Positions 12,178 through 25,200 of a stretch of DNA of 64,000 nucleotides are shown here, piece after piece. The notes below the pieces were generated by a model. It ran no database searches and was not told the DNA's origin. It saw nothing but the letters and a program-made list of their open reading frames with translations. A program made the position numbers and the translations under genes. The stretch covers positions 248,001 to 312,000 of the forward strand of contig JAQGDQ010000009.1 in NCBI GenBank assembly GCA_030141605.1, read 5' to 3'. How positions within the stretch are numbered: the first letter of the stretch is position 1; every line of letters starts with the position of its first letter. Source of the DNA: Tubiluchus corallicola (taxonomy: Eukaryota > Animalia > Priapulida).

Positions 12178-14100
12178 AGTGATATTCTAACTCTTTCACA
12201 TTTTTTTCTTTTTCGAGTTTAGTGTTAGAATTTAATTCGTTGTAGGTTTGTTGCATCTTTAACAAGGTAGAAATTCGCGTAAAATTACTCAAATGAGACA
12301 TTCTAGAAAAAGAGGCGACTCCCGCTTAAAGTTTCTTTTCTTTAAATCATTCAAAAGGCAAAAAATATATAGTGACTGATTTATAAAGAACTATATTGCA
12401 TTTTTGGTTACTGCTAAATTAGTATCAACACACAACAATACCAAAAAGAAAAAATGGTAAAATACGATATCAAAGTCCCACCTATGGCAAATCGGCACTT
12501 TTTCTTTTTGTCTTAAAAAGCAGCATATTTTTCTTTGTTTCAGTTTAATAACTTTACAATTTAATTTTTAATTAAATACAAATGTTTCTTTCTTTTACAT
12601 GATGTAATTATAAATATCGTGAAATCAATTCTAATGTAACAAATTGATTTGAAAGTTGAAACTGTAGACATGATGTGCTCCGAGGTAGAGCGAAAACGAA
12701 AACTAAAAAAAGATTTGGCATTCGTGGTACAGTTTCATTTAAAAAGACTAAGCTTAAAGTAGTAAGCTAGCTTAGATAATAGCTATTGTACTTTTGTGCT
12801 TTCAATCCCAAATATAAACAATAAAGTCAATTGAAAGCGGTTCCTGCCGCATTTACAAAACTTGGTCATTGAAAATGGTGACTTGAAGCGTGACCGATTT
12901 CATTGTAAACAATACTGTATTCAGGCGCAACCAAATCATTACAAGCCCTTTCAGAATTAGAAGGTACGAGACAAGAAAATCATATTCCGTACATAAAATT
13001 ATTGCAGATAAAATGCGAATGAAGCGAGATAATACTTTTATTACAAAGGTCTTTCTATAAACAATACAGTATAAGCAGCAAGCACTCAAATTGTTCGTAA
13101 TTTGTAGGAATCGAAAAGGTGCGATTTGCAACAAGTGCATCTAGCAATTGTAAGATTGTAAGATCTCTAGCAATTTCTAGAGATTGTAAGCGGTTACCCT
13201 GTGTGCCTGGTACATTACAATCATGAATTTTTCAGCTTTCAGAGATGTAAGCCTAGAACTTATATTTTTAATTAGCCACATAAAGCAACGTAGGTTATTT
13301 GCTCAAGAGTATTGAAGACCTTCCAACAGTAGCCAGACGACGCAATAATATCCATTTTTCACACGCTCATGTAGAAGTACTCTTCGACTTCTGGCATATT
13401 CATTTATCGCATTACTGCCAGATAAATTCTAATGAAGGATTCTAACTACAGGATTTCAAGTGAGCGATGCAGGCCCTAATAAATTAAATAGTCCAGTTAA
13501 TCTAAAAATTTTGCGCTAGACAAAATAAGACAAAAAATCTATTCGAGAATAGGATATACAACTATTCTACAGGAAATAACAGGGTTCCTATTTACTTCGA
13601 AAATTATTGAGGGTCTAGACTTTACAAGAGTTTTGCTGTACTGTTCTTATACTACTAATCATTCAGTTTAACAACAAAGCTATCTATCTGAAAAAAGAAG
13701 AGTTCTTCGAAGTTCACGGTTCTTCAGTTCAATGGATATCAACGTAATCTGTAAATTAATTGCCTGTTATCACCAGGAAAAATTGTGGTCGCCTTGAAAA
13801 TCTTCGCTTGAAGCATATTTATGATAATAATGCGTAGACCTTATAAAATTAATCATTATTAGGGCTTTTCCTTTTGACAATCGCCAGGGATCCATTTCAC
13901 ACAGAGGTCACACATAATACACAATGCTTCGGTTGAAGCGTTCGCTTAATTAAATTGCAGATTAAACCTGTAATAACAGAGAAAAACGCTACGAACCCGT
14001 TCAACATTATAATGTAAACTGTCGTCCAGCGATTTTGCCACTTTTGACACATGGAGTTTTAGCTGCTATGGTAACGGTGCGGTAGTGTAGTGCCATCAGC

Positions 14101-14480
14101 GTCAGACTAGAACAAGTGTCGCGTCTTGTGTGTCAAATTAAAGCAAGTCTAGGGTACTCTGTCTCAGATTAAAACAAGTGTTGGGTCTTCTATGTCATAT
14201 TAAAGCAAGTGTAGCGTCTTCTATGTCACCTGAAAGTAATCATAAAGTCTTCTATGTTAGATTTAAACAAGTGTAGTGGCTTCTATGTCAGATTAAAACA
14301 AGTGTAAGAAGTATAAAATCTTCTATGTCAGATTAAAACAAAGTATAGATTCTTTTGTGTCAGATTAAAACAAAGTGTAGGGTATTCTGTGTCAGTTTAA
14401 AACAAGTGTCTGCTCTTCTGTGTAAGATTAGAGCAGTGTAGAATGTTCTGTGCCAGATTAAAGCAAGTGCAGGGTTTTCT
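14101..14480 (+). repeat. Minisatellite, about 30-bp unit, about 12 copies
   Basis: Consensus near TGTCAGATTAAAACAAGTGTAGGGTCTTCT. Confidence 0.9.
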
Positions 14481-15569
14481 ATCGTCGTTTTTTACTTTTT
14501 TTATCAGTTTTTGCTTAGTTATTCGTCTGTTCCCTTGCTCCATTAATCTGTCACTTGACCACCTGTTGACCGATCCACTGGACCACTAGTTACTCAATTA
14601 GTTTAGCGTTTAATTAGTCAGTTGATTGCTTGCTCCATTCGTTAGTGTTTTTTCAGATGGCCAATTCGTTTGGTTTGTTAGTTTATTAGTTAGCAATTAG
14701 TCAGTCACTCAGTTAATCAGCCATCCCTTTCTCGGAGACATGATATTCTCTGAAACTGCAACAGTATCTTGAGCAAGGCTAACACTACCAACTTCTACTC
14801 ACTAATTACTGCAAAATACCAGCGACCATTCCCATTACTAGACCCCACACGTTACCCTCATATGAAGGTAAGTAAGTACATGCAGTTCTTTATAAGTTAT
14901 CTATGGTAGGCAGCAAATTACGCAGACTTTAGGCCAAGTTTTAGGAGATTATGTCTTGCCTTAATCTTCTCATCATAATTAACCAAAATGGCCAGCAAAA
15001 AGCAAATTATAACGTCATGGCTGTGCACCCCGTTGATCTATAATGAAACTTAATAGTCGGACGGTATTAACGGTACATTTTAGAACTGGGTCACAGAGAA
15101 AGTTGTGGATGTTCAGGTAGGTGATGCTCAGTTTCACTTTCATTAATGTGCAGGTCGAGAGGAGGATCGAGTGAATCAAACAGGTGCAATTTTTCTCGTG
15201 CTAGGTAATTAATTAAGCAGGTTTGTTATGGTTTTTCTTGTAAAACAGGTTTTTGTTTCTCTTTTCTTTGTTTCTAGCGGATTCGCTCGTTTGTTCACCT
15301 ATTCACTCACTCATTTATTCCTTTATTTGTTTCATCTTTTATTTGTTTCATTCATTCATCCACTCATTCATTTATTCATACGTTCATTTATTCATTCACT
15401 GTATTCACAGCCCTATTTGGTTGTGTCAACTTATGTTTTCAAAGCCTAAAAAGTAGGCCTATTACGTGATTATGAGTTTCAAAGGCCCAAGCAAGCCTGA
15501 GTTTGTACTATTAGCCACATTTGCACAGTAATGGAAATAACGCAATTTTTTACATGTCCAAGGGAAAAA

Positions 15570-15786
15570 ATTCTATTTCTATTCTATTCTATTCTATTCT
15601 ATTCTATTCTATTCTATTCTATTCTATTCTATTCTATTCTATTCTATTCTATTCCATTCTATTCCATTCTATTCCATTCTATTCCATTCTATTCCATTCC
15701 ATTCCATTCCATTCCATTCTATTCTTTCTATTCTATTCTATTCTATTCTATTCTATTCTATTCTATTCTATTCTATTCTATTCTAT
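15570..15786 (+). repeat. (ATTCT)n/(ATTCC)n pentanucleotide microsatellite
   Basis: Directly visible. Confidence 0.97.
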
Positions 15787-16577
15787 TTAATTGGACCAAA
15801 AAGTAACATAAAATTGTAAATCGCGCTTATCTTAATTTTAGTTTTTTCAACACTTGTTGCCACTCTAGTTACTCATAAACGATTTGTTGTCATTTAGGCA
15901 GCAACAATTTATTATTTATGCGTTTATTCTAATAAACTGTCTCTTATTGTATAAATTAGTTCAATTTCATCAGGTTTATTTTCAAACATCGAACTATAGT
16001 TTTGGGATATAATTTATTTCATATTATTGAGATTTATGGCATTCTACATACCTATGCATTAGTTTTAATTATATTAAGCTATCCAGGCGTAGCATAATGT
16101 TATTGTATTCTAAAAATGTGAACGATCGAATTCGCAATATGCACCCCTGTCTAATTAGTAACTACAGTAATTGAACGTACTCTCATGCAGCTTTTAAATC
16201 ACAGAATACAAATTAAAGCTAATCTAACATCGACCGAAATGGCTCTATCTAGCTCTGAACCTTGTTATCCATGCAGTTGCTCTAATCACCGGCCATTATC
16301 ATTCCGCTGTGTTTCCAAACGATTTCTAATTAATTACGATTCAAAGTGTTCAGAAAAAAATCGTTCTTCTCTACCTTGTCAAAAACAAAGCGTCTTATTC
16401 CATGAAAGATGATAGGTTTTGATAGCAGAGTCAACAAAAAGCTTTGCGGTTGTCAGAAAAATTGGAAATAGCGGAAAAACAAATAATGGCTTTTATGAGC
16501 GCCAATTGCCATTCTGTTTCGTAAACGAGCTGCAAGAGTTACATCGATTAGGCAAAGAAAATAAAATATTTTAACGT

Positions 16578-17076
16578 TTAAAATTGGGAGGAGTAGGAAT
16601 TTTGATGTATGTCCCAAAGAACTTTCCATACAAAGTTTTTTTACTTAGCATTGCACCTACCTGTTTGAAAGATTTATGTAACTGGGAAAAGAAAATTCTT
16701 GGTAATTTGAAAAGGTTCGCATTACCTGGTAGAATGGCACTGTATCACCATCCCAGTCTGCAACACCACCGATTCACCAAAAAAATTATTGATCTAATTT
16801 ACACTATAAAATTATTTGAACTCGTGTACTTAATTAGTGATGTATGCGCTATGAATGCTTTGACTGTTTTTTCCAACTTTGTCTAAACTTATTTTAAATG
16901 GCCTACCATTAAAATGTCTGCACCTAATGATCATCGCCGGAGTTTAAATTTACAAGTTTTATACAACGTTACTGCTAACGTAAGCAGTGTATGAAATAAG
17001 ACAGTATGTTAGAGACATAAAATTTTAAAACGTATTTTTTACGCTTTATCTATGAAGAGTGGTTCTTGTGCTTTAA
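16578..17076 (+). mobile_element. Interspersed repeat family A, copy 1 (about 500 bp, TTAA-flanked non-autonomous DNA transposon)
   Basis: Aligns by eye with 21210-21702 and 26619-27116 (shared AAAGGTTCGC...CATCCCAGT.TGCA...CCATTAAAATGTCTGC.CCTAA). All three end in CTTGTGCTTT(T)AA. Confidence 0.8.
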
Positions 17077-17330
17077 GCTGTAAACGAGAAGTCATAGTAA
17101 TGCTAATATGGTATCAGGTACCAATCAGATATTAATTGCATTAATCCTTAGCAAAAAACAATGTAAGAACTTGAAATTGCGTTACATATACAACTAGTTG
17201 ACAATGTTTCTGACGTGGTAAGAAACAGAAAATTTTGCAAACAATTGTTACAGAATTGCGCCCTGAAAAGACGCCAGCTTTTTGTTTGAAAGATCTAATT
17301 TTTGTTTTATCGAGTTCGCGTTGTTTCATT

Positions 17331-18235
17331 ACATAAGAAACTACATTTCACAAAAAAATCGTAACTTGTAACTTTTTTAACCTCAACTCATGAGTCAATA
17401 GTCAACCAATCTTGGCTCAACTTATACCAGGTACTTTGTCTCTCTGAGACCTTTCATTTGATGTACTACAAGCTAATTTCGACTGACTCGCGAATGCATT
17501 TGTCCCTTCGACAATACAGTGCCCTTACTGAGCCCCCTAGTGGGGCCCCAGCTAAACCATTCTCGTTGTAACATATACCATTAGATTCGCCTCGTTGAGG
17601 TCTTTCATTTGATATGATACGAGGTACCATTGATCGACACTCGATGCCTTTCTGTTCCCGACACCATTTTTCGATTTTTGCCCCCTAGCGGAAAACTTTC
17701 CTACACGCGCATGTCACATAATTAGTGGGACACACCTAGCGAAAATTGTGGCTCTAGCTCTAAATCCTATAGGAGCAGATGGAGCCTAAAGAAAAATAGG
17801 CTCCTTGACCTTTGACGCCGCATTCTCGGCTCACATATAAACATAGTTCCGTGAGAGTGTACCCTGTGAGTTTTGTGTCCCTAGCCCGCATTATCTAAAA
17901 GGTCACCAAATTGGGTCCCCGATTTTGAATTTTGGCCCCTCTCTTGAATATTTAGAGCTCGCCAACATTTTAAAATCTATCTACCCCACAGTATTCAAAT
18001 GGAAAAAAAACTGAAGGCCCTAGAAGAACTCGACCGCCCACTGCCCTTCACCCTTGACCGCAGGTCAGAGATCAAAACACCGCTGTTCTTCTGGAGAAAA
18101 CATAAATAACTGACGAAAACCAAGAATATTTTGCAACTTAATACTATCGTTGCCGAACAAAGCTTTTCATATTCCGAATCTGCGCCATTGAAAAGCGGCT
18201 CTCCATATTTGTGCAACAGTACACTGTCGCGCAAA
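17331..18235. repeat. GC-richer, probably young interspersed element with internal repeats
   Basis: Compositionally distinct block with duplicated GAG(A/G)(C/T)CTTTCATTTGAT units, repeated CCCCTAG and TTGACCTTTGAC. Class not determined; single copy in this window. Confidence 0.4.
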
Positions 18236-18915
18236 GGTTTTATTGTTCAGACGATGAAACGGTGAATCCACGTTGCAGCTGCCAGCGATTTAAAGGAAAG
18301 GTCAAGCCTTTCGGAAGTTAGGCTTGCTTCAGTGTTTGCGAAAATGTTAGAAAGATTTAGCAATAAAAGTATAATAAGGGCTTCGCGTAATCAGTAAAAT
18401 CACTTTTAAAATCGCGATCATTTGAGCACTCATTCCTCCACCAATGACGTCATCGACCGAAGAAAAGCAACGCAATGTCAATTTCCTTAATGATAAGCTT
18501 TTGCAAATTTTGTAGCTCTATAGCTAATTTTGTGATATTCTTGCATGAACAATAGGTAAGCAGCAAAAGTTTCAATTACTTCAAGCAGCGCGCACTTATG
18601 GAAAGCCATGATGTGCTTACAAAATAATCATGAAGTCGATAATTACGTCATAATTACGTCAGTTATGTCATAATTTTTAAGCGAATGGCGGCTGCCATTT
18701 TGTGCCTGATTACATACAGCGCTAGTAAAAATTAAATTTGCAAATTTCTTCGTTGTATTTCCTAAGTTTAAGTGATAGCAGTAAAATAACATGCAACATG
18801 CAAAGTGACTAGTCGTTTCCATTAACTAAACATCCGATTGCGAGTATGAACTTCTTACATGTAACAAGTGACATTAAATTGGGACATCTACGCCATTAAT
18901 ATTAATGAATACTAT

Positions 18916-19582
18916 TTAAGGGAACCTAAAAGAAACTTTACGGAAGAAGGGAGCCGCTGTTATTATGTTACTACAAGGTGTTAAAGAAAACCGGACCCTA
19001 TCGAAAACTAGAGCTTTAAACAATCTACCCTATAAAACACAGAAATGCAATACTAATCTTTCAAAAATGACTTACGTGAAATAATTATTACCACAGAATG
19101 GTAATTACGTTTGCGTGGGTAGTTTTTTGCTGTTACATACATTTTGCCATTCGCTAGTTAGATGAGCACTAGCACCTGCATCTCGTAAACGTGCTGAACA
19201 AAAAACAGCTGCTGTATTTGTCAGTTCAGAGGTGTTTAGTTGTGACGTAGTGCGCACGTTCGAGAAATTTAAAATTTTGAATTTTTAACTTAAAATTTGT
19301 CGAGTTTTTTGCATATCACAGTGACTGATATACAGTAGCACTGTGCTTCAATTTTCGCTTTTGCAAACAAGTGCAACACGCTGATGGAGTATTTGTGCTG
19401 CTGAAAATTATGTTCAGTTATGACGTCGTCACTAACTGTGCTCGCAGGCCACTAATTAAAATTTTAATCCATTTCTTAATTATCAGAAACACTTTAGCAT
19501 TAAATTAGGTCTTGATATGTAAGTATTTTTACCGTACTTCAAAATGGGTAAAAATATTAAAAATCATACTTTTTTCCTTTAA
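18916..19582 (+). mobile_element. Interspersed repeat family B, copy 2
   Basis: TTAAGG...CCTTTAA termini; encodes CCYIHF near 19128-19145. Confidence 0.78.
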
Positions 19583-20010
19583 AAATCGAAACACTACCTA
19601 GACGAACACTATAGATTGACCTTTTTAACGATTGCGAACTCAGCTTCCTGAAAACTCGGTGGCGCCCCCAACCTTGACTTTAGAACTAACAAACATTAGT
19701 AAACACGCATGCCTGTCCATGTTGTGTCAGTCTCACAATCTAGATTTTATCTTTCCCCGTTTTTTGTGTGCTTGTTTGTTTTTTACTCTGGCACTTATTC
19801 ATTCATTTGCTCGTGCATTTATTTGTTTTGCTCATTTGCTCGTCTGTTTATTTACCTGCTAGCTAGCTTACTTAAAACTAGGCTGCACAATTTGTTCGCT
19901 TAATTGATTGCAGTCTTATGTGCTTGTTCGCTGGTATATGGTTGATTGTCGCTTACTTGTTTGCTTAAAATTCCTTTACGTACCGTCCTTACACATTCTG
20001 TTTGTCACAC

Positions 20011-20600
20011 ATTCATTTATTTTTTAATTCTTTATTTCATTCATTCATTCATTCATTCATTCATTCATTCATTCATTCATTCATTCATTCATTCATTCAT
20101 TCATTCATTCATTCATTCATTCAATTCATTCATTCATTCATTCATTCAGTCATTTATTTATTTATTCGTTCGTTCGTTCGTTCGTTCGTTCATTCATTCA
20201 TTCATTCATTTATCTAATCAATCAATCAGTAATTCATTCATTCATCAACTCATTCATTTATTTATTTATCCATTCATTCATTCATTCATTCATTCATTCA
20301 TTCATTCATTCATCCATCCATTCGTTTATTTACTCACTCATTCGTTCATTCATTTATTTACTGGTACGTTTATTCTTTCATTCATTCACTTATTCACTCA
20401 CTCACTCACTCATTCCATTATTCATTCATTCATCCATCCATCCATTCGTTTATTCACTCACTCATTCGTTCATTCGTTTATTTACTGGTTCGTTCACTCA
20501 TTTATTCATTTTTATTCAATTCATTCATTCACTCATTCGTTTATTCATTCATTTATTCATTAAGTCATTCAGTCAGGCAGTCAGTCAGTCGTTTATTCAC
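20011..20600 (+). repeat. (TTCA)n tetranucleotide microsatellite, degenerate at the ends
   Basis: Directly visible. A weaker tract of the same type lies at 15290-15410. Confidence 0.95.
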
Positions 20601-21209
20601 TTTGCACTCACTTGTTACTGTTAGCGTGCATGTAACAGCTTACATGCAAGTCTAGTAAACCAATGATTGAATTAATTGATCTATGGACAAATGGCTACAG
20701 AACTACTATTGTCTGTATTGGGGGCATTGATATACAATTTGTTACGGTTGTTAGATACCATGAAAAACGAAATTACTTTTATTACACGGAGTTCATCTGC
20801 AGTGTGTATAGGTGACTATGAAATACCGTGTATTCCATGTAGTATGAATAAAATCTATAAATATTTTCAAACTATAGACTACAATACGTTATTATTTGTT
20901 AAATCGGTTGTTTATGCCGTTTTGCACGAAAAGTTCAAGCTACCCTATTTATATCAAATTAAATAATGAAATTTGAAGTAAAAATTGTTTTTTGACGTAG
21001 GTCGATGTGGCTTGATAAATAGGTCACCGCAAGATTAAATAAGTAAGCAATAACAATAATTATAGTTAAAATTGTTAAAAGTTGCATTGATAAAGCCACC
21101 TAAAATTGCAAGAGTTTTGCACGAAAGGTGGCTAATTTGCCGAAGCTGGATTAAAGTAGGTAACTTCACTTTCAACAGTGAAACTAAAAGACAGGGAGAC
21201 AAACTTTGT

Positions 21210-21702
21210 TTAAGTCAGAAGAAAAGGGAATTTTAGTTTAAGTATATTCAAAATAACTTTCCATAAAAAGTTACATTACTCAGTGCTACGCTTATCTGTT
21301 TGAAAGACTTTTGTAACTAAAAAAGAAAAATCTTTATAATTTGAAAAGGTTCGCACTAGCTGGTAAAATGGCGCTGTATCACCATCCCAGTGTGCACCAC
21401 CGATTTACCAAAAAACACGTTACTGACACTATAAAGCACTTTGAACTTTTGCTTAATTAGTGATGCATGCGCTACGAATGCTCAGACTATTTTTTCACAC
21501 TTAATGCAATGTTACCTAAAGTTATTTCAAGTGACCTACCATTAAAATGTCTGCGCCTAACGATCATCGCAGGAGTTTAAATTTACAATTTTTTACAATT
21601 TCGCTACTGCTGACGTAAGCCGTGTACGCAATGTAATTAATATAAAATTTCAAGATGACTTTTTAAACTGTGTTTACGAAGAGTGATTTCTTGTGCTTTT
21701 AA
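21210..21702 (+). mobile_element. Interspersed repeat family A, copy 2
   Basis: Colinear similarity to 16578-17076 and 26619-27116; TTAA at both ends. Confidence 0.8.
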
Positions 21703-21959
21703 AATAAGATCTGGAAAGATATTTTTATGATGGGCTATGATATGGCGTTTTAGTTCAACAACAAAATTAAATAACTTCAGTTGATTAATTTACCATTTCA
21801 TTACTAATGTACTAATTAAATTGATTAATATCAGTTGACGCATTTAATTTTAGCACCTGTTTATATGAGGTTTGTTGCTGCTTTCCAAACGTACACAAAT
21901 AACGATTTTATAAATGAAATTGTACTATTTAGAGCGTTTACATGAAAAACATCGACTGA

Positions 21960-22198
21960 AAAAGCATAAAAAAAAACAGGAAAAAGAAAGAAAATGAAAA
22001 AATCATGAAGGGGGAAATATGCAAGTTCAAGCGTGAAAGTTGTGGTCAGAAAAGTTTGAGGTAAGAAAGGGATGTAAGATAAAAAAGAAAAAGAGAAAGA
22101 GAAAAGAAAAAAGAGAAGCGAAAAGGGAACAAGAAAGGAAAGATTAAACGAAGTAGAGAAAATAAATACAAGCAAAGAAGAAGGAAGGAAAGGATAGA
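21960..22198 (+). repeat. Purine-rich (GAAA-type) low-complexity tract
   Basis: Directly visible, just upstream of the 22265 splice acceptor. Confidence 0.8.
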
Positions 22199-22277
22199 AT
22201 GAGCGTACATACCTGTATTTTGTTTGAGTTGCACAAAAACGTTTGTTAATATTTATTATTTATAGAGAACAAATAAA

Positions 22278-25200
22278 ATGGCTTGGTTCTCCTCACAAGG
22301 CTGCTTGCTTGCCATCTGCATTATGGTGAGAATTCTATTTTTTTTATTTACCACAATTAATTAGATTCCCAAAGCAATTTGTTCAGAAAAATGTTTGTTT
22401 GGTTGTGAGAATTATTATGTACAATTGTATGATATTTTTATTCTGCATAAAATTATTATTATTTGGGTTTTTTAAATGCACTGGTTCATATTTTGTGAAT
22501 TTTTTTATCATTTTGCACAAACGTTTTATTTTTCAAATTGACTATAAGTCGTTTGGACATGAAGTTCCATTAAAAAGATTCCAAACATGTGGTTTCAGCA
22601 TTAAAATGTCTAATCCAAGCAACCCTGGATTGACCGTTAAGCAAAGTGAGCACGTGTTTAGGACCTCAGGGCAGAGTTTCTTTTTCAAATCGAATAAATA
22701 CCCAAAAGTTTTGTATATGAAATATGTGGTGATTTCTGTGTTTGTTTACCATATGACAGTACTGATGGACATCGAGATTCTTGCTACCGAACAACCTGAC
22801 CTGCTCCCTGCCTATATGATGACATTGATTTATTGATTATATTTTGTCATAATATATTTCAAGTACAGCAATACTTTTTTTCGTTTTTTTTTCTGAATTA
22901 CACCTATATGGGGGGTACCATAAATGTTTCGGTGTTTAAGGCCTCTTAGGGTCTTAGTCGGTCCCTGAATTTGAGTCCAGTTTATTATAGGCTTGTAATT
23001 TATTATATTATAGGTTTTCCTGGCCGGTAGAGGCTAAAGCCATGTAATCGTTTTAGTTATAGGTGCTGTGCGTCAAAAATTAGCAAAGTTTGAAATGCTG
23101 AGAAATTCTTTTTTGTTCACAAAAACTTAACTAACCATTAACTAAAACACAAAAAACATGTGAAATGACGTTTACACTGTGTATTGTGAACGTAAGCGTT
23201 GTCGGGTCAATATGTTCTATAAATTTCACCACATTCAGCTAATGAACGTTTTAGTTTTAAAAGAAAAAGGTAAAGCTCGAGAGTTTGTGCGCTACACGGC
23301 AGATAATTAATTAATTAAATAGGAAAGCATTGAGCCTCAATGCTGCTATATGTAATATGCTGCAACATAGCATGCAGTGAAACATAGTGGTACATAACTT
23401 TTACCGAGGAGGGGTAAAGAAGCAACGATTTGGCAACGAGTAATGTTATAAAGCATTTTAAAACAGTTGCACATCTATCGTACAGTCAAAATTTAGTGCT
23501 TGAGCCTCAGGTGTCTTGCACAGCCTGCACTCTTGAGAGATATGATCGGAGAACGACTGGCAAAACTCAAGATCCGCCAACACACTTGCAGATGTCTCAA
23601 AAAGTTTGTTTCTTAAATATTGATGAATGGAATGTTGTTAGATCATCTAAGCTACTACTTTGTTCTTCAGGATAACTCTAGTGTGTTTGGCGGGTTGAGA
23701 TCCAGTGAATTTCCATCTCATTCAGTTCAATGGAGAAAACTATTCCCAGAATTTTCAGGTCGCTGCCTTGATCAAGTTCATATCCCGCAAGTTCGCAGGG
23801 CTGTGTGAAACTTCAGAGGCGTTCATACTAAATATTGTGGGCACGATAGATTCGCAATTGTTTCAGCAATCCTTTCATGTAATAAATTATTCTGTACTAT
23901 TACTTGTACCCTCCTAGCATAGGGTTATGTACCATCATGTACTATACTAGCTGGCAGATCAAAACACTGCCGTGGCCGTCACCACTAGGCATGTCGCTGA
24001 CAGTCATAACTTTCCTGATAATTTAAAACTACATTAATATGTAATGTTATAGGCGTTGACGTTTAAACTGAGCGAGCAAAGTGCAGAAAGCTTTTCCTTT
24101 GTGGTTGGCGAACCCTATGGTTACCTGCGCGAAGTGTACGGGAATGTGTACAATAAGAAAATGAGGGAGCTCACTCCGCATAATTTTGACAACAATAGAC
24201 GAATAGAACCGGCACATATAAGGTATGAGAAAATATGGAAATTTTGATTTGCCAATTGTTCTCCAAAATCTACATAGACTATGTTAGGAAGAATTACCAC
24301 TTCATAATGTTATCTGTTACTGTGGGTTAATACAATCTCCGTAGTTTCATACTATTGGTAGGTGTCACTGCTGTACCTTCTATTTCGCCCACACTATTGG
24401 ATTTTTATTCTCTTCAACAGAATAAAGATGGGTATTCTCTTCAACAGAATGAAGATAGGTGTTCTCTTCAACAGAATGTAGAATTTTTGTTCTCTTCCAC
24501 AAACTGTTACGCTTGCTTTTCCAAAGTTTGTGATACACCAAAGCGTCCAGTGTTTGGAAAGAACGTATATGTTTTCAATGGGTGATGAGCTAAAGATTTT
24601 GGCAGCAGACGTTGAAAACCAGACGCTGCAAGTTCCTTCTATTTGTGCGTCTGACGTCCAGCGTCCAAGCCTCAATCAACTGTTGATGACTGGCCCTGCA
24701 AATTATTATGCAAATACTGTAAAAAACTAAAACGTTGAAAAATAAATTTGATATCGTCGATTATGTTTTTCTACGAAGAACGTAGAGATTGGATGCGAGA
24801 CGCCAAGTTAACGCTAAACGCTGGAAGCCAAACGCCTGACTGAAGGCTTTGGTGTATCATAAGCTTAATAGCCACGTTTGTACGTCTGCGATTTATCGAA
24901 AAAAAATTACAGCGTGTAAAAAGTGGGAGTTACTGGAGATTTTGCCAGGTCACTGAAACAACTTTCGAAATATAAATAGGAAAATTGCGAAGTTCTGATG
25001 TAAGGGTTGCTAGTAAGGTTAGCTGAGATTCCGTTTGATTCTTTTCCAGGGATGATCCAGATTCCAGGATAATCCCTGCTGAAGAATCAAGAGGAATCAA
25101 TAATAATCAAAAATGGACGTTAATGAGTCTGCTTAGTTCGGCACTGGCTCCAAAGAATGAAAACGTATGGAGAAAGCATAGGGCGGGTGACAAAGGCTGC

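Noticed and set aside
14101-14480. CRISPR-like periodic array
   Set aside because: Units are contiguous and diverge throughout with no unique spacers; eukaryotic context, no cas genes.
15521-15806. SILFY-repeat ORFs
   Set aside because: Translation of (ATTCT)n.
19946-20563. 205-aa FIHS-repeat ORF
   Set aside because: Translation of (TTCA)n.
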